Notes under the pieces: generated by a model
Database searches by the model: none
What the model was told of the DNA's origin: nothing
Seen by the model: only the letters and a program-made list of their open reading frames with translations
Made by a program: the position numbers and the translations under genes
Origin: an uncultured Desulfovibrionaceae bacterium
GTDB taxonomy: Bacteria > Desulfobacterota > Desulfovibrionia > Desulfovibrionales > Desulfovibrionaceae
DNA length: 58,198 nucleotides
Reading direction: 5' to 3'
NCBI GenBank assembly: GCA_949297645.1
Contig: CASFUJ010000001.1
Location: 1 to 58,198 of the forward strand
In this document: positions 18,839 to 32,929 of the stretch, one piece after another
How the letters are laid out: every line of letters starts with the position of its first letter
How positions within the stretch are numbered: the first letter of the stretch is position 1

Positions 18839-18925
18839 TGGTACCGGAAGTGGGACTTGAACCCACAAGGCATTGCTGCCGGCGGATTTTGAGTCCGCTG
18901 CGTTTACCAATTCCACCATTCCGGC
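18839..18925 (-). tRNA. tRNA-Leu(CAA)
   Basis: GCCGGAATGGTGGAATTGGTAAACGCAGCGGACT-CAA-AATCCGCC..GGTTCAAGTCCCACTTCCGGTACCA; 87 nt, long variable arm, encoded CCA. Confidence 0.97.
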
Positions 18926-19345
18926 ACAAAGGCATCTATATAGATTTCGCGGCGCAAGGTCAACCATGCTTCACTGAACGCTCTCCGTCCGGAAGAAAAA
19001 GCCGGTACGGCTTTGTGCCGCATCTTGCCTTTTCAGCCCGAACAGGCTATTCTCGCCATCAAAATCCGGATCTGACATGAACGATACCTGCCCAACGACC
19101 GCCCAGAGCAACGACAGCCCTCTTTCTGAGGATTCCGGCTGTCAGCTTTCCGACGTTCCCCCCGGACGACGGCGCACGGGCGCCGCGTGTCTCCGGCTTT
19201 TCCGCCGCCCGGCGGCTGCCTTTCTGTTTCCCTGTCATTACGCCCGATATGCGGGCTTTTCCCGAGCCGGGGCCGACAAGCGTCGGCACTTGCCGTTGTG
19301 GCATGGCGTTTTTCCGGCCTGAACCCTATGTGAAGGAGTATCGTC

Positions 19346-20164
19346 TTGGACGGCGAATCCCACAGTACCGTGTGGTCGAAACTTGGTTCTTTCTTTTCCG
19401 GCAAATCCCCGGAAGATCATCTGGAGCAGGCCATCCGCGAGGCGCGCGAAGACGGCGAGCTGAAGGCGGAAGAAGGCTCCATGCTGCTTTCCATTCTTTC
19501 CCTCGACGAGCTTCAGGTGCAGGACATCATGACGCCCCGCACGGACATCGACTGCCTGCCCTCCGGCACGTCCATCCTTGAAGCGGCGGGCGCCATCGTG
19601 GAAACCGGGCACTCCCGCCTGCCCATCTACAAGGAAACGCGCGACAACATCATCGGCATCGTGCACGCCAAGGACATGCTGAGCTCTCTCATGAAGGCGG
19701 AGCTGCAGAATTCCGCCGTGGATACCATCATGAGCCAGCCCTTCTTCGTGCCCGAGACCAAGATTGCCAGCGAGCTTCTGCAGGAATTCCGCAGCCGCAA
19801 GAACCATCTGGCCATCGTGGTGGATGAATACGGCGGCACGTCCGGTCTTGCCACCATCGAAGATCTGCTGGAAGTCATCGTGGGCGACATCGAAGACGAG
19901 CACGACGCGCCGAAGGAAGAAGACATCCGTCCTCTTGACGGCGGCAGATACGAGCTGTCCGGCCGCGCCTATCTGGAAGAGCTGGAAGAGCTGGGCATAC
20001 ATCTTGAGTCCGACGAGGTGGACACCATCGGCGGCTACCTCAGTCTCGACGCCGGACATGTGCCGCAGAAGGACGAGGAGTTCCGCATTGACGGCTGGGT
20101 GTTCACCATCGCCGATGCCGACGCCAAGCAGATACATACCGTCATTGCCACACGGGAAGAATAG
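19346..20164 (+). CDS. CBS-domain/CorC-HlyC protein (Mg/Co efflux or hemolysin family)
   Basis: IMTPRTDI, GHSRLPIY, VVDEYGGTSGLATIEDLLEVIVGDIEDEHD; TTG start after AAGGAG. Confidence 0.9.
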   Translation: MDGESHSTVWSKLGSFFSGKSPEDHLEQAIREAREDGELKAEEGSMLLSILSLDELQVQDIMTPRTDIDCLPSGTSILEAAGAIVETGHSRLPIYKETRDNIIGIVHAKDMLSSLMKAELQNSAVDTIMSQPFFVPETKIASELLQEFRSRKNHLAIVVDEYGGTSGLATIEDLLEVIVGDIEDEHDAPKEEDIRPLDGGRYELSGRAYLEELEELGIHLESDEVDTIGGYLSLDAGHVPQKDEEFRIDGWVFTIADADAKQIHTVIATREE

Positions 20165-20173
20165 CGTTTCCCG

Positions 20174-20208
20174 AAAAGGCCGTGAGTGCTGCTCACGGCC
20201 TTTTTTTT
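20174..20208 (+). terminator. Intrinsic terminator
   Basis: GGCCGTGAG-N5-CTCACGGCC followed by T8. Confidence 0.85.
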
Positions 20209-20491
20209 GCGGTCTTTTTTCCTCCGGAAGGTGAACCCTCATGAAAAGCGTCCTTCCGCGAGAAAGGCCGGACAAAAGGAAGCGCCTTCCCCGGAAAAAC
20301 ATCCTGCCGGTGCGCGGCACGCAGACGCCCGGTACAGGCGTCCGCTCTCTTCCGACATCCTGCACATAAGCCTCTCCATCACGGCGCGCCTCTCCGGAAC
20401 CTCTGCCGGCATCATGTACGGAAGCGGCGCTTGATTATCTCAGGGCAACGTGTAATCATACGCAAGTTTAAACCTACTTTAGGAGCGGAAT

Positions 20492-23745
<3,254 letters not shown>

Positions 23746-23749
<4 letters not shown>

Positions 23750-24885
23750 AAGCTCTGCTCGCCCTCGAAGACGGCTTCGTTCTTGAAGGAGAATCCTTCA
23801 CCGGCCCCATCGAACTGACCGGCGGCGAAGTCATTTTCAATACCGCCATGGCCGGATATCAGGAACTGCTCACCGACCCGTCCTATGCGGGTCAGATGGT
23901 GTGTCTCACCTATCCGCTCATCGGCAACTACGGCATCAACCCCGACGACATGGAATCCGAAAAGGTGCACATGTCGGCCCTCATCGTCAAGGAATGCTGC
24001 AAGGAGCCTTCCAACTGGCGCGCCACGGAAAGTCTGCCCGACTTTCTCATGCGTCAGGGCGTGCCCGGCATAGAGGGCATAGACACCCGCGCCCTCACCC
24101 TGCACCTTCGCAAGAACGGCGCCATGCGCGGCTGCATCTCCACCGACATCCTCGATGCTGAAGAACTGGTGAAAAAGGCGCAGGCGCTGCCTTCCATGGA
24201 AGGCCAGAACCTCGTCACCCGCGTGGCTCCCGACAAGCCCTACCGCTGGGACGACGCCGCGGGCCGCCCCGCTCCCGTTCAGCTCAACGCCGACGGCTCC
24301 TACGACTGGCCGCAGGGCAAAACACTCCACATCGTGGTCTATGACTTCGGCATCAAGTGGAACATCCTGCGCCTGCTCTCCGCTCAGGACATGGAACTTC
24401 TCGTCGTGCCCCCGTCCTTCACCTGTGAAGAAGTGAAGTCCGTGAACCCCGACGGCGTGTTCCTCTCCAACGGCCCCGGCGACCCGGCCACGCTGAAGAA
24501 GGAAATCGCGGAAATCGCCAAAATGGCGGACATGTTCCCCATCGGCGCCATCTGTCTCGGCCATCAGCTTCTCGGTCACGCCCTCGGCGGCACCACCACC
24601 AAGCTGAAGTTCGGCCATCACGGCGTGAACCATCCGGTGAAGAACCTGCTCACCGGCCGCATCGAGATTTCCTCCCAGAACCACGGCTTCTGCGTGATTC
24701 CGCCGGAAGGCGTGGAAAAGGTGTATGTGAACCTCAACGACGGCACGCTGGAAGGCTTCCGCCATCCTGAAAAGCCCATCATGACCGTGCAGCACCATCC
24801 CGAAGCGGCCGCCGGTCCCACCGACAGCCGTACCTTCTTCACCGACTTCAAGGACATGGTGATGAAGGCCCGGGCCGGAAAGTAA
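23746..24885 (+). CDS. carA: Carbamoyl-phosphate synthase small subunit
   Basis: [34 protein letters not shown]; ATGA overlap with carB. Confidence 0.98.
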
Positions 24886-24909
24886 CATTCCTGCCGATCT
24901 GACATCCTG

Positions 24910-24943
24910 CGGGCGGAGCTCTTCCGGGCTCCGCCCGTTTTTT
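24910..24943 (+). terminator. Intrinsic terminator after carA
   Basis: CGGGCGGAGC..GCTCCGCCCG followed by T6. Confidence 0.8.
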
Positions 24944-25090
24944 GTCCTTTCCCGGGTCTCTCCGCCTGCCGGGGCGCATTGGCATTTTCCGGAAAAAACC
25001 TTATCCTTCCGCGCAGAAACAGATTCCGGAAGCGCTGCCGAAAACGCCGTTTCCTCCCCCCCGTTCCCCGCGCCCGCAAAGGACACCGCC

Positions 25091-26599
25091 ATGTTCACTT
25101 CCGACAAAAGACTCTTCATCGCCGCCGCCGAAAACCCCGTCACGCTGGAAGCCGACGGTCGGGAACTGTGTCTGGAAGCGCGCATGGCGAACAGGCACGG
25201 GCTCATCACCGGAGCCACGGGCACGGGCAAGACCATTTCCCTTCAGACCATGGCCGAGAGCTTCAGCGCCATGGGCGTTCCCGTGCTGCTCACCGACATA
25301 AAGGGCGACCTTTCCGCCGTATGCCGTCCCGGCACGCCCGGCGGCAGCATCGCCGACCGCATACGCGACCTCGGACTCCGGGAAAAAGGATACGAAAATC
25401 GGGGCTACCCCGTCTGCTTCTGGGACGTGACCGGAGAGGCGGGAACGCCGCTTCGCGCCACCGTAAGCGACATGGGGCCCGCCCTGCTCTGCCGTCTGCT
25501 GGAACTCAACGACGTGCAGAGCGGCATACTGCACATCGTGTTCCGCATCGCGGACGAGAACGGGCTTCTGCTGCTCGATTTCAAGGATTTGCGCGCCATG
25601 GCGGCCCATGTGGCGGAAAACCGCGCCGCATACGCCGCAGACTACGGCCACATCTCTCCGGCCAGCATCGGCGCCATACAGCGCGCGCTGCTGCGTCTGG
25701 AAGAAGAAGGCGCGGGCGTCTTCTTCGGCGAACCTGCGCTGAACATCGAGGATTTGCTGCGTACCGACCTTTCCGGCCGGGGCTATCTCAACATCATTGC
25801 GGCCGACAAGCTCATGCAGAAGCCGCGCCTCTACGCCGCGGTGCTGCTGTGGCTGCTCTCCGAACTCTATGAACGGCTCCCCGAAACGGGCGACGCCGAA
25901 AAACCGCGCCTCGTGCTCATGTTCGACGAAGCCCATCTTCTCTTCGACGACATGCCGGACGTGCTGCTGCAGAAAGTGGAACAGGTGGTACGCCTCATCC
26001 GCTCGCGCGGCGTGGGCGTGTATTTCATCACCCAGAATCCCGCCGACCTTCCCGACGCCGTGCTCGCCCAGCTCGGCAACCGCGTTCAGCACGCCCTGCG
26101 CGCCTTCACGCCCCGCGAACAGAAGGCCGTGCGCGCCGCGGCCGAAACCTTCCGCCGGAACCCCGCGCTGGATACGGAAGAAGTCATTTCCCAGCTTTGC
26201 ACCGGCGAGGCTCTCGTCTCCTTCCTCGATGAACACGGGGCGCCCGCCATGGTGGAACGCGCCCTTATTCTGCCTCCGGAAGGGGGTATCGGCCCCATTT
26301 CTCCGGAAGAGCGACGGGATATCATCGACCGCTCTCCCATGCAGCGTCTGTACGGTACGGTTCTGGACCGGGAGTCCGCCTGTGAGAAACTGGCCGCACA
26401 GGCCCGGAAGCTGCGCGAAGAAGAGGAAGAAGCCGAAGAAACGCGCCGGACGAAGCGGACGGAACCCGACATGTGGGGTGAGCTTCTGGGCTCCGCCACA
26501 AGGCAGGCCGGACGCACCATCGGCAACGCCGTAGGTCGTGAGGTGGGACGCGCCATCCTGCGCGGCCTCATGGGCAGTCTTTTCGGCGGCAGGCGATAG
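25091..26599 (+). CDS. HerA-like P-loop ATPase (YjgR/DUF853 family)
   Basis: [47 protein letters not shown]. Confidence 0.92.
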   Translation: MFTSDKRLFIAAAENPVTLEADGRELCLEARMANRHGLITGATGTGKTISLQTMAESFSAMGVPVLLTDIKGDLSAVCRPGTPGGSIADRIRDLGLREKGYENRGYPVCFWDVTGEAGTPLRATVSDMGPALLCRLLELNDVQSGILHIVFRIADENGLLLLDFKDLRAMAAHVAENRAAYAADYGHISPASIGAIQRALLRLEEEGAGVFFGEPALNIEDLLRTDLSGRGYLNIIAADKLMQKPRLYAAVLLWLLSELYERLPETGDAEKPRLVLMFDEAHLLFDDMPDVLLQKVEQVVRLIRSRGVGVYFITQNPADLPDAVLAQLGNRVQHALRAFTPREQKAVRAAAETFRRNPALDTEEVISQLCTGEALVSFLDEHGAPAMVERALILPPEGGIGPISPEERRDIIDRSPMQRLYGTVLDRESACEKLAAQARKLREEEEEAEETRRTKRTEPDMWGELLGSATRQAGRTIGNAVGREVGRAILRGLMGSLFGGRR

Positions 26600-26676
26600 A
26601 TTCGGCAAGCCGCCCCTCCGCCGGAAACCCCATTCACCGAAACAGCGCCGCACCATGATGCGGCTTTGAGGATACC

Positions 26677-27756
26677 ATGAATAAAGAAACGTTCGCTCTG
26701 CGCAGGGAAAATCTGCGCCGACTCATGCACGAGGAAGGACTCGACGCCCTTCTGGTCTCTCAGCCCGCCAACCGCTTCTATCTCTCCGGCTTCGAACTGC
26801 ACGACTGCCAGTGCAATGAAAGCTCCGGCTGTCTCATCATCATGAAGGACGGCAGAGACTGGCTGTGCACCGATTCCCGCTATGAGGAAGCCGCGGCGCA
26901 GCTCTGGGACAGAGAAAGAGTGTTCATTTACCACTCATCCTCTTCCGAGGATATCAACGGACTTCTCAAAAAGCTCTGCGGCGGCGCCGGCGTCATCGGC
27001 ATGGAGGCCGAACATCTGCCGTGGGCCTATGTGCGGCGTCTTGAACCGGGACTCACGCTCAGAGCCGCGGACGGACTGGTGGAAAAACTCCGTGAAATCA
27101 AAGATGAAGAGGAAATACGCCTCATCGCCGACTCCGTGGCCCTCAATCACCGCATGCTCGAGTGGCTGCCCTCCGTTCTCGTGCCCGGTCAGGACGAAGG
27201 CTCCGTGGCCTGGGCCATCGAAAAATACTACCGCGAACACGGCGCTTCCGAACTCAGCTTTCCCTCCATCGTGGCCATGAACGCCAACGCGGCGCTTCCC
27301 CACTACGCGCCGGAGAAGCCCTCCGTGTTCACGGACGAATGCATGGTGCTGGTGGACGAAGGCTGCCGCCTGAACCGCTACTGCTCCGACCAGACGCGCA
27401 CATACTGGCTCGGCAGTAATCCCCCCGCGCGCTTCACCCAGATGCTGGAGCATGTACAGGAAGCTCAGCGCCGCGCCATTGCCGCCCTGCGCCCCGGCGT
27501 CACGGGCAAAGAGGTGCATCAGGTGGCCGTGGACTACTTCGCCTCCTGCGGCATGGCCGACTATTTCACCCACTCTCTGGGACACGGCGTGGGACTGGAG
27601 ACGCACGAAGGCCCGAGACTGAGCCCGACCAATACCAAACCCCTTCAGCCCGGCATGATCGTCACCATAGAACCCGGCCTCTACTTCCCCGGATGGGGCG
27701 GCGCGCGCTGGGAATACATGGCCGTCATCACCGAAGACGGCTGCCGCGTGTTCTGA
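26677..27756 (+). CDS. Xaa-Pro aminopeptidase (M24B)
   Basis: VDEG..YCSDQTRT, HSLGHGVGLETHEGP, TIEPGLY; metal ligands intact. Confidence 0.92.
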   Translation: MNKETFALRRENLRRLMHEEGLDALLVSQPANRFYLSGFELHDCQCNESSGCLIIMKDGRDWLCTDSRYEEAAAQLWDRERVFIYHSSSSEDINGLLKKLCGGAGVIGMEAEHLPWAYVRRLEPGLTLRAADGLVEKLREIKDEEEIRLIADSVALNHRMLEWLPSVLVPGQDEGSVAWAIEKYYREHGASELSFPSIVAMNANAALPHYAPEKPSVFTDECMVLVDEGCRLNRYCSDQTRTYWLGSNPPARFTQMLEHVQEAQRRAIAALRPGVTGKEVHQVAVDYFASCGMADYFTHSLGHGVGLETHEGPRLSPTNTKPLQPGMIVTIEPGLYFPGWGGARWEYMAVITEDGCRVF

Positions 27757-27897
27757 ACCGGCCCGTCCGGAAAGACGGACGCAGAAAGTGCCCCGCCCTT
27801 CCCTCGCCCCTCTGGACGAAGGCGGCGGCATGCTTATGTTCATGAAAGGGACGCTTTTTCCGTCCCCTGACTTCAACCCACTTTTCAGGAGAATCCC

Positions 27898-28812
27898 ATG
27901 ATACACCCCGAAAAGCGACACTTCCTCATTGTAGCCAAAACGCTGGGCATTCAGGTGCTGCTTTTTGTCGGCATAGTCTTTGCGGTATGGGGCAGCCAGA
28001 AACTCTATACGAAGCTGGATCCCGTCACCTTCCCCGTCTATCAGGCGGAGATAAAGGACAACATGACGGAGCAGGAAAAGGGGGCGGCGCTTCTCTCCGC
28101 CCTGACCAATCGTATGAGCACGGAACTTGATTCCACCTTCGGCTGGACGGCCAACGACATTCTGTTCAACCGCTGGATCATGGACAACCGCGCCTACCGG
28201 CAGTTCGGCACCTATGTGGCCACCAAGATGCTGTTCGACCATTATTCCACGGTCATCGCCAAGCTCGGCAACAACGACCGTGAGAACGACCTGCTCTACA
28301 ACGCCCGTCTCAACTACTTCGCCATCAGCCCCCAGCGCTGGGGCATGCTGTTCATTCCCTCGGCGGAAGGCTCCTTCAAAAAGGCGCTTTCCATGACGGA
28401 GCAGTACAAGAAGGACCTGCTTACGGGCAAGGCCGTCTATAACTGCCGCACGGACGACATCTATTCCGCCTTCAACCTCATCCTCGGCGAAACCGTGTTC
28501 GGCTACGCCCTCGGCCTTCTCAACGACAGTCAGGATTTGCCCTTCTACACGCTGGACAACCGCATCTACGAGGCGCAGGGCGTCATCTATGTGGTGCGCG
28601 ACTACCTGAAGGCCATGTATGAGCTCTATCCCGAAATCGGCAACAAGAACAACGAACAGAACATGGCCGAAGCCATGCGTTATATGGACCTCATCTGCAA
28701 CTACGACCCCATGTACATCACGTCGTCCTTCAACTCCGGAGAGCTCATCATCTCCTACCTGCTCTTTGCCCGCAACCGCCTCTCCGACATCCGCGACAGC
28801 CTGAGAATCTGA
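27898..28812 (+). CDS. Membrane-anchored protein, DUF2333-like
   Basis: Single N-terminal TM; GWTAND..MDNRAYRQFG and LDNRIYEAQG resemble DUF2333 proteins. Confidence 0.6.
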   Translation: MIHPEKRHFLIVAKTLGIQVLLFVGIVFAVWGSQKLYTKLDPVTFPVYQAEIKDNMTEQEKGAALLSALTNRMSTELDSTFGWTANDILFNRWIMDNRAYRQFGTYVATKMLFDHYSTVIAKLGNNDRENDLLYNARLNYFAISPQRWGMLFIPSAEGSFKKALSMTEQYKKDLLTGKAVYNCRTDDIYSAFNLILGETVFGYALGLLNDSQDLPFYTLDNRIYEAQGVIYVVRDYLKAMYELYPEIGNKNNEQNMAEAMRYMDLICNYDPMYITSSFNSGELIISYLLFARNRLSDIRDSLRI

Positions 28813-28959
28813 CGCGGCTTCACCCCGCAGACAAAAGACCACAGGATATCCCCGCCGGCCGCCTGCACTTTTCCGACCGGCACGACCGTTTTCTCAGGAC
28901 AACCTCATACCGCACGGGGGAAGGGACACGCGCCCTTCCCCCTTTCTTCCACGGCAAAC

Positions 28960-30255
28960 ATGAACGCTCTTCCTCCGTTCCTCTCTCAGGAAACACTGAC
29001 GGCCTATCGCCGTCTGTTCCACCGCCACGCCGAAACCGGCATGGCGGAGTTCTGGACCACGGCGCGCATCGCGGAAGAACTGGAAACCTTCGGCCTTTCT
29101 CCCGTGGTGGGAGAGCAGGTCAGCGCTCCTCAGGCGCGCATGGGAGTGCCGGAAGACGATACGCTGCTTGCGGCAAGGCGTCGGGCTGAAGAAGAGGGCG
29201 CGTCACAGCAGTGGCTTGAACGCATGAACGGCGTCACCGGAGTCGTGGCGGATTTGCGCCCCGACCTGCCCCTGCACACCGTGCTGCGCTTCGACATCGA
29301 CGCCGTGGACGTGACGGAGAGCTGCGAAGACTCCCATCGCCCCCGAAAGGAAGGATTCGCCTCGCTTCATGAAGGCGTCAGTCACGCCTGCGGACACGAC
29401 GGTCATATTGCCATAGGCCTCGGCCTCGCCCATGCGCTCGCACCTCTGCGCGACGGCCTGAAGCACAACGTCCGGCTGCTCTTCCAGCCCGGCGAGGAAG
29501 GCTGCCGGGGCGCGCAGGCCATGGCCGCCGCAGGCTGGATTGAGGGGGCACGGCACGTTCTGGCCGCGCATATCGGCATGCGGGCGGATGAAGACCACGC
29601 CCTCGTGTGCGGCGCACAGGGCTTTCTGGCCACCACGAAGTTCGACGTGACCTTCCGGGGCCGTGCCGCCCATGCCGGAGCCGAACCGCACAGGGGAGCC
29701 AATTCCCTGCTGGCGGCCGCAAGCGCGGCTCTCAACATGCACGCCCTGCCCCGCCACGGCGAAGGCGATTCCCGCGTGACCGTGGGCAGGCTCGAAGCGG
29801 GCAGCGGCCGCAACACCATCCCCGCCCTTGCCCGCATGGCGTGCGAAACCCGCGGCGCCACCTCCGCCGTCAACGACTACATGTTCGAACACTGCCGCGC
29901 CATCCTCGAACACACGGCCGCCATGTATGAGCAGGCCTGTCATATCAGAATCATGGGAGGCTCGAAAAGCGCGGACAGCGACGAGAGCATGCGGCATATC
30001 GTGCGCGAAGCGGCGCGTCTTGTGCCCTGGTTCCGGCCGGAGCTCATCCGCGACAGCGCTCCCGGTTTCGGCAGCGACGACGCCTGCGTGTACATGGACG
30101 CCGTGCAGCATCAGGGCGGCGACGCCGCCTACCTCATGCTGGGAAGCCGCCTTGCCGCCGGACATCATGCCCCGGATTTCGATTTCCATGAAAGCGTGCT
30201 GCCGCCTTCCGTGGAACTTCTCACTCATATCATACTCGCTCTTGATGAACGCTGA
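28960..30255 (+). CDS. M20D amidohydrolase (AbgA-like)
   Basis: RFDIDAV, HACGHDGH, FQPGEEG, AAHAGAEP, GHHAPDFDF. Confidence 0.88.
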   Translation: MNALPPFLSQETLTAYRRLFHRHAETGMAEFWTTARIAEELETFGLSPVVGEQVSAPQARMGVPEDDTLLAARRRAEEEGASQQWLERMNGVTGVVADLRPDLPLHTVLRFDIDAVDVTESCEDSHRPRKEGFASLHEGVSHACGHDGHIAIGLGLAHALAPLRDGLKHNVRLLFQPGEEGCRGAQAMAAAGWIEGARHVLAAHIGMRADEDHALVCGAQGFLATTKFDVTFRGRAAHAGAEPHRGANSLLAAASAALNMHALPRHGEGDSRVTVGRLEAGSGRNTIPALARMACETRGATSAVNDYMFEHCRAILEHTAAMYEQACHIRIMGGSKSADSDESMRHIVREAARLVPWFRPELIRDSAPGFGSDDACVYMDAVQHQGGDAAYLMLGSRLAAGHHAPDFDFHESVLPPSVELLTHIILALDER

Positions 30256-30450
30256 ACACGGGCTTTCGTCTCTATGGGCCCGGTACTCTCCTCCGGTCAT
30301 AATTCTGTTGTTCATGAGAAAATACGGACATCCTCGAAAAAGATGCGTTCCTCCATGTATTGCCTTCCCATCCGTGCGGAAAAGACGTTCTTTTCCGACC
30401 CCGGTTACGGTATATTCCATCCGGACGTCATCTGTAATAAGGAGAATACC

Positions 30451-30933
30451 ATGAAAAGATTCCTGACCTTCCTGACCGCCGGACTTGTCAGCGTGTTTCT
30501 GTTCGCCTCCGCTGCGCTTGCCGAGAATGTGAAAACCGACTACTTCACGCTTACCCTTTCCGACGGCTGGACTATGCCCAAACCCGTGCAATCCGCCAAC
30601 GGCGCAGTGTTCGCCGTAGTACAGGCCCCCGACCACAAGGGTGCGGTAAGCATCGCCGTCACGCCTGTCGCTCTTCCTGCCAAGGACCTCGCCACCCAGA
30701 CCCTTACCAACATGAAATCGGGCGGTTTCACCGTTTCCGAGCCTGCGGCTTCCGGTGATTCCCATATCGGAGAGTTCTCCCAGGCTCAGGCCAAGGGCAT
30801 CAGCTACTTCACCTCCAACGGCAAGGTCGGCAGCGTCATCACCATCGTAGGCACCGATACCGGGGCGGGCAAGGAATTTATGAAAAAGAACTTCAAGCCC
30901 CTCGACGCCAAACTCTTCCCCGCTTCCTTCTGA
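30451..30933 (+). CDS. Secreted hypothetical protein
   Basis: Signal peptide MKRFLTFL..SAALA; RBS AAGGAG. Confidence 0.75.
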   Translation: MKRFLTFLTAGLVSVFLFASAALAENVKTDYFTLTLSDGWTMPKPVQSANGAVFAVVQAPDHKGAVSIAVTPVALPAKDLATQTLTNMKSGGFTVSEPAASGDSHIGEFSQAQAKGISYFTSNGKVGSVITIVGTDTGAGKEFMKKNFKPLDAKLFPASF

Positions 30934-31153
30934 TAAGGCAAAGCCCGAAAGGCTCTGTCTGCACGATATCCGCATCCCCCGGGCCCGGACATGCTGCAAC
31001 CATGCCCGGGCTTCTCTTCTCCGGAAAAATTTCCCCAGTGTCAACAAACCGGTGTCTCGGGAAACAACGCGCTCCCTTTCTCAGCGCTCAAGAATATTTT
31101 TACTTTTGCACGGCGAAATGGTCCATCAATCAGCCTCTTCGCCAGCCGATTCC

Positions 31154-31199
31154 GAAAAAAACGACGCCCCTCCATACGCCGGGAGAGCGTCGTTTTTCC
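31154..31199. terminator. Probable bidirectional terminator between convergent units
   Basis: A7-CGACGC..GCGTCG-T5 long hairpin. Confidence 0.6.
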
Positions 31200-31463
31200 A
31201 GTATAGAGCAATTTCCGTTTGAAATGCTTTGCATTTTCAAACCATACGGCCTGTCGTTTCGCGGAAAAAACACAGTTTTTCCGCTCAGTTCGGGCCGGGC
31301 GGCGCTGTGCCGCCGCCTCGCTTTTAACCTTTTTCAATGCCAAAACGCTCTACCATCTCATGAAACATCACGGGCGGTTGCCTGTCGGCAACGGCCCTTC
31401 AGCCGACGGGAACGGAGGAGAACGTTCCCTCCCGCATCTCAGCGTCTGCGCGCAGCCCCGTCG

Positions 31464-31895
31464 CTACACGCCGGGCAACTCCGCCTTGATACGTTCTATC
31501 ATACTCTGATACTCTTCATCAGAGAGTATCACCGCACGGGGATTCATCTGAAACGTTCCTCCCCATTCAAACTGTCCTTCATATTTCGGCACCAGATGGA
31601 AATGCAGATGGGGATTCAAATCGCCAAAGGCACCGTAGTTCACCTTCTGCGGATGAAACATCTTATGAATAAGACGGGCTATGCGGGCTACATCGGACAT
31701 AAAGCCCTGAAGCTGCTCGGGCGTAATATCCACAATCTCACTGACGTGACCGCGATAGGCCACAACCATCCGTCCCGGATGACTCTGCTCCTTAAAAAGA
31801 TACAGGGAAGAATACTCGGAGATATCACCGACTTTTATGGCAAAGTCGGCCAAAGCCGGCCCGCCGTGGCAGTAGGGACAAGATTCGCTACTCAT
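31464..31895 (-). CDS. HIT-family hydrolase
   Basis: CPYC N-terminus and HLHFHLVP histidine triad. Confidence 0.9.
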   Translation of the reverse strand: MSSESCPYCHGGPALADFAIKVGDISEYSSLYLFKEQSHPGRMVVAYRGHVSEIVDITPEQLQGFMSDVARIARLIHKMFHPQKVNYGAFGDLNPHLHFHLVPKYEGQFEWGGTFQMNPRAVILSDEEYQSMIERIKAELPGV

Positions 31896-31941
31896 GGAAA
31901 CATCCTTTCAACGGCTTCTCCCGAGGGGAGAGCCTCAATGT

Positions 31942-32919
31942 TCATGCGCTCTGACAATCCGCAAAAATCTGCGGCGTGGCTTCCGCGGGAATGATGGCTC
32001 CCGGATACATGATGACCGAGGAAGCCAGCCGGTGAGCGCGGTGCACGGCCTCTTCAGCGGAAAGCCCATAACGGACGGCGGCCAGATAACCGGCAGTAAA
32101 GGAATCACCGGCTGCCGTGGTATCCTTCGGCGCCAGCATACTGCCCAGCTCAATGAGGCTGGTAAAACCGGTCCTGTTGTTTACCACAAGGCAGGGTCTG
32201 CCGCCGTTCTTGACGACAACTTCTTCGGCGCCCAGTTCCTCAATGGCCGCACGAAAGGCCGGGTCATCATAGTCACATGCGGAGTATCCCGCCGCGCGCA
32301 GCTCTTCCGGGGACAGGAATACCCAGCGGCACACCCGCGCCAGACGACGGAAATGGGGCGCGGAATTCTTTTCCGGCTCCTTCCCCCAAAGATGGGGACG
32401 GAAATTGAAGTCAAAGGAAATCTTCACTCCGCGTTCCGCCAGCCTTTCGACGGCGGAAAGCAGCTTTTCCCGACTTTCAGGATAAAGCACGGCCAGACTT
32501 ATGCCGCTCAGATGTATGGCATCAAAGTTTTCGAGACGGGCAATCACCGCATCGGCTTCGGGCGTTTCAAAGCAGCAGCGTACCGCTGCCTCACTGCGCC
32601 AGTACTGAAAATGTCTCTCTCCTGTGGAATCCACGTCTATGGCGTACAGGCCGGGCAGCTTTCCGACGATACGCTGCGTCAACGAAGAGTACACACCACA
32701 AGCATGCCAGAACTCCAGCATCTCATGGCTGAAGGTATCCGCCGCACCTACGGCGGAAACATATTCCACATGGATGTCCTTGCCGCATATCCGGGAAAGA
32801 TAGGCCGCCGTATTCAGCGTATCGCCGCCGAACGCCTGCACAAGGCGGTTTCCTTCCTTATGCAGTTCTATCATACATTCGCCGATGACGGCGACTTGCC
32901 ATGGTCTGGTATGGGACAT
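31942..32919 (-). CDS. kdgK: 2-keto-3-deoxygluconate kinase (PfkB family)
   Basis: IGECMIEL, FGGDTLNTAAYL, DFNFRPHLW, DTTAAGDSF. Confidence 0.85.
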   Translation of the reverse strand: MSHTRPWQVAVIGECMIELHKEGNRLVQAFGGDTLNTAAYLSRICGKDIHVEYVSAVGAADTFSHEMLEFWHACGVYSSLTQRIVGKLPGLYAIDVDSTGERHFQYWRSEAAVRCCFETPEADAVIARLENFDAIHLSGISLAVLYPESREKLLSAVERLAERGVKISFDFNFRPHLWGKEPEKNSAPHFRRLARVCRWVFLSPEELRAAGYSACDYDDPAFRAAIEELGAEEVVVKNGGRPCLVVNNRTGFTSLIELGSMLAPKDTTAAGDSFTAGYLAAVRYGLSAEEAVHRAHRLASSVIMYPGAIIPAEATPQIFADCQSA

Positions 32920-32929
32920 GCTCAACCTC

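Noticed and set aside
19077-19322. 81-aa ORF upstream of the CBS-domain gene
   Set aside because: No RBS or motif; cannot be supported as coding
25091-26599. HerA-like ATPase as an anti-phage system
   Set aside because: Matches the widespread YjgR/DUF853 type; no nuclease or Sir2 partner; housekeeping context
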